A stretch of DNA of 38,495 bases from the IMG/VR virus record IMGVR_UViG_3300026549_000015; one strand, written 5' to 3'. The notes under the pieces are model-generated. The model was not told the DNA's origin and ran no database searches. It saw only the letters and a list, made by a program, of their open reading frames with translations. The position numbers were made by a program, and so were the translations under genes. This DNA comes from a virus. Each line of letters opens with the position of its first letter. The first letter of the stretch is position 1. Of the stretch, positions 24,912 through 32,898 are shown piece by piece.

Positions 24912-25107
24912 AAACCGGTTTCTACGCATCTGCAGCAAAAGTACGATTTCCGGAAACCCTTGTTTTTACGGCGTTTCAAGGTATGATAGGTTCATGAAGA
25001 GAATAATTAATAAGTTCTATATCTTTCAGGTCTTAAGCGATTTCTAAATTTAAAAATGCTGTATTTATGCGGCCTGAGAGGTATTTTGGTTTTCGCGATA
25101 TCTCCCC

Positions 25108-25130
25108 TGACACACCTTTTGACACACCCT
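25108..25130 (+). repeat. Paired direct repeat tgacacac-N4-tgacacaccct; candidate integrase arm-type site (copy 2)
   Basis: 'tgacacaccttttgacacaccct' lies in the same orientation as copy 1, about 220 bp away, just downstream of the int stop. Confidence 0.6.
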
Positions 25131-25164
25131 TTGGCCGGCGGAGCAATCTGCCGGCCATTTTACG

Positions 25165-26307
25165 TTATAAAACAGCACTGATTTTCTCCATTTCCCTGCG
25201 CTTCGTGTCCTCCATAACATCACAATACAGATCCATTGTAACGGCAAAGGATGAGTGACCGAGAATGGCCTGGAGCGTCTTCGGGTCCATCCCGTTTTCG
25301 ATGCACCTGGTGGCGAAGCAGTGGCGCAGAGTATGCAGCGAAAAGTGCGGAACAGTTTTATCCTCTTCCTGCATCCTTGCGATCGCTTTGTCCATTTCTT
25401 TTCTGATATTGGTATCGCAGATTGGCGTTCCAAATTCTGTTGTAAAAACCAGATCGTCAAGGCCGGCCTTCGGCTTCCAGTATTTCCCAACAAGCAACCG
25501 TTCTTTTTTCTGCACAATAGACCGCTCCTTAAGGAGACTATACAGCTTGCCGTTTTTCATCATTGGAATGGTACGCCTGCTTGCTTCAGACTTTGGAGTG
25601 TCCAGGTATTGCCCTTTACCAGGTATGTAGCTAAGTGTATGCCTGATGTGGATCTCGCACGTCCGATAATCGATATCACTCCACGACAGACCTAATATTT
25701 CCCCGATCCGCATACCGGTCAAGGTGGCCATGCGGCATATAGGATAATACCGGCTGTCTTTCATGTATTCCAGGAATTTGTCCTCCTGTTCTTTTGTCAA
25801 AGCCTTCTTTTTCTCCCTCCTGGTAAACTTTGGCGTTGTCACGGAATCCATCGGATTTTTTGAAATGATTCCGGACTGTACCGCCTGCTGCAAACTATCA
25901 TACAGCAGGAAATGAGAGGTAGAAGCCGTTGACTTAGAATAATTCTTGGCCATCCTGGTTACAAAACGCTGCAACTGCTCCGGGCGGAGAGAAGAGATAT
26001 TGCGTTGACCGAATTCCGGTTCAATATATCGGTGGAAGTTGCGCCGGTAAAAGTCCAGCGTTGATATCTTGCAGTCCGCTGTCTTATAAGTGTCGATCCA
26101 TTCATTGAACCATGCCGAGAAGGAAACTTTTCGATCCTTGCTGTATAGACCATGAGCGACTTCATATCTTTTGTCATTCAGCTGTTTCTTGGCTTTTGCC
26201 AGCTTGTCACAGTATCCGCTGTATGTTTTCCCATCATACTTGAAGCGCCACATATACCTGCCATCTTTGCGCAAGGTAATGCCTGTCGGCAGGTTATTGC
26301 TTTTCAT
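25165..26307 (-). CDS. int: Tyrosine recombinase / phage integrase
   Basis: The start 'MKSNNLPTGITLRKDGRYMWRF' follows GAAAGGAGGA. The N-terminal part is SAM-like. The catalytic region is 'RMATLTGMRIGE...HTLRHCFATRCIENGMDPKTLQAILGHSSFAVTMDLYCDV'. Confidence 0.9.
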   Translation of the reverse strand: MKSNNLPTGITLRKDGRYMWRFKYDGKTYSGYCDKLAKAKKQLNDKRYEVAHGLYSKDRKVSFSAWFNEWIDTYKTADCKISTLDFYRRNFHRYIEPEFGQRNISSLRPEQLQRFVTRMAKNYSKSTASTSHFLLYDSLQQAVQSGIISKNPMDSVTTPKFTRREKKKALTKEQEDKFLEYMKDSRYYPICRMATLTGMRIGEILGLSWSDIDYRTCEIHIRHTLSYIPGKGQYLDTPKSEASRRTIPMMKNGKLYSLLKERSIVQKKERLLVGKYWKPKAGLDDLVFTTEFGTPICDTNIRKEMDKAIARMQEEDKTVPHFSLHTLRHCFATRCIENGMDPKTLQAILGHSSFAVTMDLYCDVMEDTKRREMEKISAVL

Positions 26308-26375
26308 ATATCCTCCTTTCGTGGTATAATAAAAGAGCATGATAATACCACTTGCTTGTAGAGTATTCGTGCGCG

Positions 26376-26410
26376 GCCCTGATCTGTTGCAGCAGGTCAG
26401 GGCATTTTTA
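26376..26410 (+). terminator. Hairpin plus T-tract oriented on the + strand between the repressor and integrase genes
   Basis: gccctgatctg / caggtcagggc forms an 11-bp stem with one mismatch, followed by attttta. Confidence 0.4.
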
Positions 26411-26470
26411 TAGAGTTCAACACATTTTAAGTTTAAACCACACTTTTTCTGGACTGAAACTACAGGTTTC

Positions 26471-27127
26471 TTAGTCATCATATTCCTGCTTGTGATACAC
26501 ACCAGCCAGTTCACCAAGCACCCAGACATCATCGTCAGAATCTATGATAATGGGACCATATTTCTCATTGCATGGCTGCAGGATAACGTGCTGATCAGTC
26601 TTGTAGTATTTCTTAAGGACAGCGGAATTTTCTGCGCCGTACACGATGCCGTATATATGACCGTTTTCCAGTTCGAAGTCTCTCCGAAGGAAAGCAATGT
26701 CGCCATCATGGATGCCGGCGCCCTCCATCGAATCACCGTGTACGTTTAAACAGTAATCAGCTTTTATGGATTTATCAACAAAAAAAATACCTACGTAATT
26801 AGAATCATTGAGTACACCGTCACCGGCGCAGACAGTTCCGAGAATAGGGATAGGATAAGCGCCCGGAACGGAGACGTTGGAAGGAAGAGAGGAATTATCT
26901 CTATCATCATGGTGTTTTTCTACCAGATCAGATTTTGAACATCCAAAATAGCGAGCTAGTAATTCTATTTTGTCGATTCTTGGATAAGTTTTCCCATTTA
27001 TCCAGTCCGAAACGGTCATATAACTTAACCCTAATGCTTCACAAATATCTTTTCTCGTCTTGCCGGTTTTGTCCATATAATAAGAAATATTTTGAGCCAT
27101 AATTTTTTTATTACCCAGATCACTCAT
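26471..27127 (-). CDS. cI: CI-type repressor (XRE HTH plus S24/LexA-like peptidase domain)
   Basis: 'IMAQNISYYMDKTGKTRKDICEALGLSYMTVSDWINGKTYP' is the HTH. 'VHGDSMEGAGIHDGDIAFLRR...AVLKKYY' is the S24 Ser/Lys-type domain. Start is probably 27127 (MSDLGNKK); alternatives are 27133 and 27151. Confidence 0.85.
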   Translation of the reverse strand: MSDLGNKKIMAQNISYYMDKTGKTRKDICEALGLSYMTVSDWINGKTYPRIDKIELLARYFGCSKSDLVEKHHDDRDNSSLPSNVSVPGAYPIPILGTVCAGDGVLNDSNYVGIFFVDKSIKADYCLNVHGDSMEGAGIHDGDIAFLRRDFELENGHIYGIVYGAENSAVLKKYYKTDQHVILQPCNEKYGPIIIDSDDDVWVLGELAGVYHKQEYDD

Positions 27128-27150
27128 ATGCATACCCCTTTCATGACACA

Positions 27151-27179
27151 ATTATACAATTTTATCCGTGATTTTTCAA
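27151..27179 (-). promoter_or_regulatory. Leftward sigma-70-like promoter for the repressor gene
   Basis: The minus strand reads TTGAAA-17 nt-TATAAT (-35 at 27174-27179, -10 at 27151-27156). An operator half-site lies in the spacer. Confidence 0.6.
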
Positions 27180-27260
27180 TCAAAAAATTGAAAATATCAC
27201 GGATAAACCGTTGACATAGGTACAGAAACGTGATAATGTTAAATCACGGAATAACCGTGA
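27162..27260. promoter_or_regulatory. Operator array: four exact TCACGG/CCGTGA hexamers plus one degenerate copy
   Basis: ttatccgtgat (27162-27172), atcacggataa (27196-27206), cgtgat (27229-27234), and the palindrome tcacggaataaccgtga (27244-27260). Confidence 0.7.
27211..27237 (+). promoter_or_regulatory. Rightward early promoter (PR-like)
   Basis: TTGACA (27211-27216) and GATAAT (27232-27237) with a 15-nt spacer, upstream of the cro-like gene. An operator palindrome lies just downstream. Confidence 0.55.
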
Positions 27261-27274
27261 CAGGAGGTGAAAGA

Positions 27275-27475
27275 ATGAATCTAAAAGCAGCAAGAGTAAA
27301 TTGTGGTTATACCATAAAAGAAGCAGCACACTTAATTGGCGTTAACCCTGATACACTGGGGCGATGGGAGCGTGGAGAAACATTTCCCAATGTACCACAA
27401 ATTAAGCGGATCGAAACTGTTTATAAAATTTCATATAACGAAATCAATTTTTTATGCAATGAAAACACGGTTTAA
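27275..27475 (+). CDS. cro: Cro-like XRE-family HTH regulator
   Basis: The ATG follows CAGGAGGTGA. 'LKAARVNCGYTIKEAAHLIGVNPDTLGRWERGETFPNVPQIKRIETVY'. Confidence 0.8.
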   Translation: MNLKAARVNCGYTIKEAAHLIGVNPDTLGRWERGETFPNVPQIKRIETVYKISYNEINFLCNENTV

Positions 27476-27514
27476 CCGTTATTTGTAACAACAGAAAGGA
27501 AAACCACATAAAAG

Positions 27515-27742
27515 ATGACATTTAAAGAAAAGTTCATGGAGGTTCTGGAAATGACCGGAATTACTCTTGACGAGTTTGTTGAGGAAACCGGTTACAACCG
27601 CAAGACAGTACTTAATTGGCTGTGGCAGAACCAGAAACCGAGAGTGCTCAGCGAGATCTGCAAGATGCTTGATCTCGAAGAGGACTATTTTGACGAGTGT
27701 TTCGAAGGAGGGTGGAAACATTATGACGGGAAGAGAAGATGA
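27515..27742 (+). CDS. Small HTH-like early protein
   Basis: 'GITLDEFVEETGYNRKTVLNWLWQNQKPRVLSEICKMLDL'. Confidence 0.55.
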   Translation: MTFKEKFMEVLEMTGITLDEFVEETGYNRKTVLNWLWQNQKPRVLSEICKMLDLEEDYFDECFEGGWKHYDGKRR

Positions 27743-28019
27743 ATTCCTGGACAGTCTTATTGACAATTTCTGCACAATTATAGCATCCAAAATAATGGAT
27801 AAAATGCATAAATCCGCAGAAACAACCGTGAATACCGATAATTCCATAACAGTCGACACAGAGGAATTACAGAAGCGCCTGCACTGTGGATCCAGCACGG
27901 CAGTGGAGATTGGCACCGCTGCCGGCGCCAGAATCAAGGTAGGAAAACGGGTACTCTGGTATGTAAAGAACGTAGATGAGTATCTGAACCGTATCGCTGG
28001 AGACTATGAAAACATGTAA
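27723..28019 (+). CDS. Excisionase-family / HTH_17-like DNA-binding protein (putative Xis)
   Basis: The C-terminus 'ITVDTEELQKRLHCGSSTAVEIGTAAGARIKVGKRVLWYVKNVDEYL' fits the excisionase-type winged-helix pattern. The ATG at 27723 follows GGAGGGTGG. Confidence 0.45.
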   Translation: MTGREDEFLDSLIDNFCTIIASKIMDKMHKSAETTVNTDNSITVDTEELQKRLHCGSSTAVEIGTAAGARIKVGKRVLWYVKNVDEYLNRIAGDYENM

Positions 28020-28096
28020 GACATGTAAGCATTGGCGGTTCTGTATTGAAAGATCAAGATTTTACACATGTAAGGATTACGAGGAGGAAAAGAAAA

Positions 28097-28252
28097 ATGA
28101 CAGCTGTAGATTGCGTCAAAATAATTATGAATTACGAGAAGATTCCGGCAGAAACCAGACTAGATCTGATTGAAAGAATCATGGATGCAGCTATTAAAGG
28201 AAAATCTGATATTCAGATTCCGGCAGCATGCCAGAGAAAGGTCACAAAATGA
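28097..28252 (+). CDS. Hypothetical early protein (51 aa)
   Basis: The ATG follows GAGGAGGAAAAG. Confidence 0.45.
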   Translation: MTAVDCVKIIMNYEKIPAETRLDLIERIMDAAIKGKSDIQIPAACQRKVTK

Positions 28253-28446
28253 TCGAGGTTAAAGACATGTATTATCCTAGTAAGTTGATGAGAGAAAAAG
28301 TTGTTGACGCTCTTAATTTATTGGATCGCTACTGTATAAAAGAAGAATGTGGAAATTGCATTTTATATGATCTCTGTATTGGAGATTATTCAATACATGA
28401 ATTAAATGCATTATTGGAAAGAGAGGACCCATGGGAATTACGATAA
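28249..28446 (+). CDS. Hypothetical early protein (65 aa, contains CxxC)
   Basis: ATGA overlap with the upstream ORF. Contains 'CIKEECGNCILYDLC'. Confidence 0.45.
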   Translation: MIEVKDMYYPSKLMREKVVDALNLLDRYCIKEECGNCILYDLCIGDYSIHELNALLEREDPWELR

Positions 28447-29702
28447 ATGAATTTGAAGCTGAAAACGTCAAGCGGATCCGCGCCGTCAAGCTTCATCCAT
28501 CACCAACTGGATTGACAATCATAGGTGGTAATAACGGACAGGGGAAAACTTCTGTTTTAGATTCCATCGCCTGGGCACTTGGCGGTGAGAAGTTCAGACC
28601 GACAGATGCAAAAAATAAAGATTCGGTAATTCCGCCGTATCTTCATGTAACGCTTTCAAACGGTCTTGTTGTGGAGCGGAATGGTAAAAACAGCTCGCTC
28701 AAGGTAACGGATCCGTCAGGGGAAAAGGCGGGACAGAAGCTGCTGGACTCTTTTATCGGAACGCTGGCACTTGATCTTCCAAAGTTCATGAATGCTTCCA
28801 ATACTGAAAAAGCAAAAATCCTGCTAAACATTCTCGGCGTTGGCGATCAGCTGGAAGAGCTGAACAATCAGGAACGGAAGATTTATGACGAACGGACCGC
28901 GATCGGGCGTATCGCCGATCAGAAAGAAAAATATGCGAAAGAACAGCCATATTATTCGGATGTTCCGGAAGCACCGATCTCTTCTGCAGATCTGATTAAA
29001 CAGCAGCAGGAAATTCTCGCCAGAAATGGACAGAGACAGCAGTGGATTCGCGATTATGACAAATACCAGGCAGAGTATAACAGCATCGTGGAACAGATTG
29101 ATCTTTTGAAAGAGCGGCTCCATGAAGTTGATGAAAAGGTGAAGGCATCGAAGCACTCTCCAAGAGAACTGCAGATGGAATCCACAGAAGAACTGGAAGC
29201 CAGCCTGGCGAACATCGAGGAAACCAACCGGAAGGTTCGAGCGAACCTCGACAAGGAAAAGGCAGAGGATGATGCACGTCAATACAGACGACAGTATGAT
29301 CAGCTGACGGATCAGATTGAAAGCATCCGCAACGAAAAAAAATCTCTTCTGGATCACGCCGATCTACCGCTTGAAGGATTGTGTGTTGAAAATGGCAATC
29401 TAATCTACAACGGTGAACAGTGGGATTGCATGAGCAGCTCTGATCAGTTGAAAGTGGCAACTGCAATTGTCAAGAAGCTGAATCCGGAATGCGGATTTGT
29501 GCTGATCGACAAGTTGGAGCAGATGGACATGAAGACGCTGAAAGAGTTCGGCGACTGGCTGGAGCGTGAGGGTCTGCAGGTGATCGCTACGAGAGTAAGC
29601 ACTGGCGATGAGTGTAGCATCATCATTGAGGATGGATTTGGCGATGATAAAAAGGCCGGTAAGGCGGTGCAGAAAAAGAAATGGGAGGCGGGTAAGTTTT
29701 GA
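28431..29702 (+). CDS. SMC/Rad50-like AAA ATPase with a central coiled coil
   Basis: Walker A 'GGNNGQGKTSVLDSIAWAL', a long coiled-coil middle section, and Walker B/D-loop 'GFVLIDKLEQMD'. Confidence 0.7.
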   Translation: MGITINEFEAENVKRIRAVKLHPSPTGLTIIGGNNGQGKTSVLDSIAWALGGEKFRPTDAKNKDSVIPPYLHVTLSNGLVVERNGKNSSLKVTDPSGEKAGQKLLDSFIGTLALDLPKFMNASNTEKAKILLNILGVGDQLEELNNQERKIYDERTAIGRIADQKEKYAKEQPYYSDVPEAPISSADLIKQQQEILARNGQRQQWIRDYDKYQAEYNSIVEQIDLLKERLHEVDEKVKASKHSPRELQMESTEELEASLANIEETNRKVRANLDKEKAEDDARQYRRQYDQLTDQIESIRNEKKSLLDHADLPLEGLCVENGNLIYNGEQWDCMSSSDQLKVATAIVKKLNPECGFVLIDKLEQMDMKTLKEFGDWLEREGLQVIATRVSTGDECSIIIEDGFGDDKKAGKAVQKKKWEAGKF

Positions 29703-30841
29703 ATATTACACGAGGAAAAATTCACACCGCGAAAAAGGTATTGATCTACGGTCCGGAAGGGATCGGAAAAAGTACATTGGCATCGAAGTTTCCGGATCCG
29801 GTCTTTATTGACACGGAAGGATCCACTAAAAATCTTGATGTCGCACGATTTGACGCACCGTCATCCTGGGCAATGCTGCTGGATGAAATCCGATATGTCA
29901 TCGATCATCCGGAAGTCTGCAAAACACTGGTACTGGATACGGCAGATTGGGCGGAAGACCTCTGCAGCAAGGCGGTCTGCAGCAAGTACCACAAGGACGG
30001 GATCGAGGATTTCGGCTATGGGAAGGGGTACACGTACCTGGAGGAATCGTTTGGGGAAATGCTGAACCTCCTTACAGACGTTACCAAGAGGGGCATCCAT
30101 GTCGTCGTGACCGCCCATGCCCAGATGAGGAAGTTTGAACAGCCGGAAGAAGCCGGGGCATATGACAGGTGGGAGCTGAAGCTGTCAAAGAAATGCTCAC
30201 CGATGGTAAAGGAATGGGCGGACATGGTGCTTTTCGCAAATTATAAGACCATCGTGGTAAAGATCGACGGGAAAAACAAGGTGCAGGGCGGGAACCGCGT
30301 CATGTATACCTCGCACCATGCATGCTGGGACGCAAAAAACAGGTTTGGCCTGCCAGACGAAATCCCGATGGATTATGAGGCGATCCGCCTTTGCATCGAA
30401 GAAGGAATAGCCGCTGGCACGCCAGCGGAAAAACCGGAGCTTGCAAAGGAACCGGAAAGCAAGCCTGAACCTATACCAAGACAGGAGCCTCGGGAGCATG
30501 CAAGGAAAGCGGAAGAACAGAAAAGCCCCGAGCCGAAAAACGTGCTGTCCCCGGACGGGTCGTCTGACGTTGACGTCGTGCCACACGGGGAAAAGCAGGA
30601 GGACGGCCAGTGGGAGCTTCCGGAAGGCGTACCAAAGGCGCTCAGCGACCTGATGGTGGCCAACCACGTCACTGACTGGGAGATCCAGAACGTCGTGGGC
30701 GCAAGGGGGTACTTCCCGGCAGACATGCCGATCAAGGACTATCCGGAAGACTTTGTAGACGGCGTCCTGGTAGGCGCCTGGGAGCAGGTCTTCGGAATGA
30801 TCAAAACTATGAGGGAAACACAAGAAGTCCCTTTTAACTAA
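29699..30841 (+). CDS. AAA_24 / Sak4-like RecA-fold ATPase with a Pro/Glu/Lys-rich linker and a C-terminal domain
   Basis: 'KVLIYGPEGIGKSTLASKFPDPVFIDTEGS...TLVLDTADW'. TTG start overlaps the upstream stop. Confidence 0.7.
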   Translation: MNITRGKIHTAKKVLIYGPEGIGKSTLASKFPDPVFIDTEGSTKNLDVARFDAPSSWAMLLDEIRYVIDHPEVCKTLVLDTADWAEDLCSKAVCSKYHKDGIEDFGYGKGYTYLEESFGEMLNLLTDVTKRGIHVVVTAHAQMRKFEQPEEAGAYDRWELKLSKKCSPMVKEWADMVLFANYKTIVVKIDGKNKVQGGNRVMYTSHHACWDAKNRFGLPDEIPMDYEAIRLCIEEGIAAGTPAEKPELAKEPESKPEPIPRQEPREHARKAEEQKSPEPKNVLSPDGSSDVDVVPHGEKQEDGQWELPEGVPKALSDLMVANHVTDWEIQNVVGARGYFPADMPIKDYPEDFVDGVLVGAWEQVFGMIKTMRETQEVPFN

Positions 30842-30857
30842 CTAAGGAGGAATGAAA

Positions 30858-31304
30858 ATGGCAACAGAAGACAGGGAATATGGTTGGGATGACGAGATTG
30901 TCAACGAGGGGCAGGATTTTGAGCCCCTCCCGGCAGGTGATTATGACTTTACCATTAACCACGTGGAACGCGGCAGGTCACAGGGCAGCGAAAAGCTGCC
31001 TCCCTGCAACATGGCGACGGTATACTTTGACATCCACGGGAAAGACCACGACATCACGGTAAAAGAGAACTACATCCTCCACAGCCGGATGGAGTGGAAG
31101 CTCTCACAGCTCTTCCGTGCCGTCGGCTTAAAGAAGAAGGACGAGCCGCTCCGGATGAACTGGAACGCGCTCCCCGGGTTAAAGGGGAGGGCAAAAATCA
31201 AGCTCGTGCCTGGGTACAAGGACCCGGACAGGCTGTATGACTCGATCGACAAGCTGTACCCGTCAGACGAGGCGCCGAAACGTTATGAAGCCGGGAAGTT
31301 CTAA
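30858..31304 (+). CDS. DUF669-family protein (putative ssDNA-binding accessory protein of the Sak4 module)
   Basis: 'EYGWDDEIVNEGQDFEPLPAGDYDFTINHVERG...EWKLSQLFRAVGL'. AGGAGG lies 7 nt upstream of the ATG at 30858. Confidence 0.6.
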   Translation: MATEDREYGWDDEIVNEGQDFEPLPAGDYDFTINHVERGRSQGSEKLPPCNMATVYFDIHGKDHDITVKENYILHSRMEWKLSQLFRAVGLKKKDEPLRMNWNALPGLKGRAKIKLVPGYKDPDRLYDSIDKLYPSDEAPKRYEAGKF

Positions 31305-32898
31305 AAAAATCCAGCTCAGGCCTTACCAGCAAGAGGCAGAAACGGCGGTTTTCGAACAATGGTCAGGAGGCGTACACCGTACGCTCCTGGTCCTTCCGAC
31401 GGGTACCGGGAAGACCATCGTTTTTGCAAAGATTGCCGAGCAATGCGTGAGGACCGGCAACAGGGTCCTGATCCTTGCCCACCGGAAGGAACTGCTTGAC
31501 CAGGCGGCAGACAAGATCCTGAAAGCAACCGGCCTGCGATGCGCGGTAGAACGTGGAGAAGAGACCAGCGTTGACAGCTGGTACAGGATCACGGTCGGGT
31601 CCGTCCAGACGCTGATGCGCGACAAGAGGCTCAGCCAGTTCGGCCCGGGTTATTTTGACACGATCATTGTAGACGAGGCGCACCACTGTATCAGTAACAG
31701 CTACCAAAAAGTGCTGCAGCATTTTGACGACGCCCATGTGCTTGGCGTCACTGCCACGCCTGACCGCGGGGACATGCGGAACCTTGGCCAGTACTTTGAA
31801 TCACTGGCATACGAATACACGCTGCCACAGGCGATCAGGGAAGGGTACCTGACACCGATCCGCGCGGTCACGATCCCGCTGAAGATCGACATGACGCAGG
31901 TCGGTGTCCAGGCGGGCGACTTCAAAGCGGGCGAAATTGACACGGCGCTGGACCCGTACCTAGAACAGATCGCTGGAGAAATGGAAAACTACTGTAAAGG
32001 CAAGAAGACGGTCGTATTCCTGCCGCTGGTCAGGACGTCACAGAAGTTCCGCCGGATACTGGAAGGGCACGGCTTCAAGGCTGCAGAGGTCAACGGCAAC
32101 AGCGACGACCGCGAGGAAGTCCTCCAAGATTTTGAGACAGGCAAATACGACGTGCTGTGCAACAGCATGTTACTGACAGAAGGATGGGACTGTCCATCTG
32201 TGGACTGCATCGTTGTGTTGCGGCCCACCAAAGTACGGAGCCTATATTGTCAGATGGTCGGACGCGGGACGAGGCTGTCGCCTGGGAAAGACCATCTGCT
32301 ACTGTTGGATTTCCTATGGATGACAGAAAGGCATGAGTTGTGTCACCCGGCAGCGCTGATCTGCGAATCAGAAGAAGTCGCGCAGCAGATGACGAAAAAC
32401 ATGGCTGATCAGGCCGGGGTTGAGATGGATATCGAAGAAGCGGAAAAGATGGCATCGGAAGACGTCGTTGCACAGCGGGAAGAAGCGCTTGCAAAACAGC
32501 TCGCCGAGATGAAGCGCCGGAAGCGAAAGCTGGTAGACCCGCTGCAGTTCGAAATGTCCATCCAGGCGGAAGACCTGTCCGGGTATATCCCGTCCTTCGG
32601 GTGGGAGATGGCGCCTCCGTCTGACGCGCAGAAAAAGTCCCTTGAAAAAGCCGGGATCATGCCGGACGAAATCGAAAACGCCGGAAAGGCAAGCAAGCTG
32701 CTGGACAGGATCGCGAAACGGAGGGACGCGGGGCTGACCACGCCAAAGCAGATCCGCTTCCTGGAATCGCGCGGCTTCCAGCATGTCGGAACCTGGCAGT
32801 TTGACGACGCCAGGAAGCTGATCGACCGGATCGCGGCAAACGGGTGGCGCATCCCACATGGAATAGACCCGCATACGTATGAGGTGTCAAATGGATAA
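31285..32898 (+). CDS. Superfamily-2 DEAH-box helicase
   Basis: 'LRPYQQEA...LVLPTGTGKT...IIVDEAHH...VTATPDR...SMLLTEGWDCP...QMVGRGTR'. Confidence 0.85.
   Translation: MKPGSSKKIQLRPYQQEAETAVFEQWSGGVHRTLLVLPTGTGKTIVFAKIAEQCVRTGNRVLILAHRKELLDQAADKILKATGLRCAVERGEETSVDSWYRITVGSVQTLMRDKRLSQFGPGYFDTIIVDEAHHCISNSYQKVLQHFDDAHVLGVTATPDRGDMRNLGQYFESLAYEYTLPQAIREGYLTPIRAVTIPLKIDMTQVGVQAGDFKAGEIDTALDPYLEQIAGEMENYCKGKKTVVFLPLVRTSQKFRRILEGHGFKAAEVNGNSDDREEVLQDFETGKYDVLCNSMLLTEGWDCPSVDCIVVLRPTKVRSLYCQMVGRGTRLSPGKDHLLLLDFLWMTERHELCHPAALICESEEVAQQMTKNMADQAGVEMDIEEAEKMASEDVVAQREEALAKQLAEMKRRKRKLVDPLQFEMSIQAEDLSGYIPSFGWEMAPPSDAQKKSLEKAGIMPDEIENAGKASKLLDRIAKRRDAGLTTPKQIRFLESRGFQHVGTWQFDDARKLIDRIAANGWRIPHGIDPHTYEVSNG

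Noticed and set aside
25133-25156. Hairpin ggccggc...gccggcc just downstream of the int stop, considered as the int terminator
   Set aside because: On the - strand, which is the int sense strand, it is not followed by a U-tract. The 7-bp stem and its context are too weak to call.
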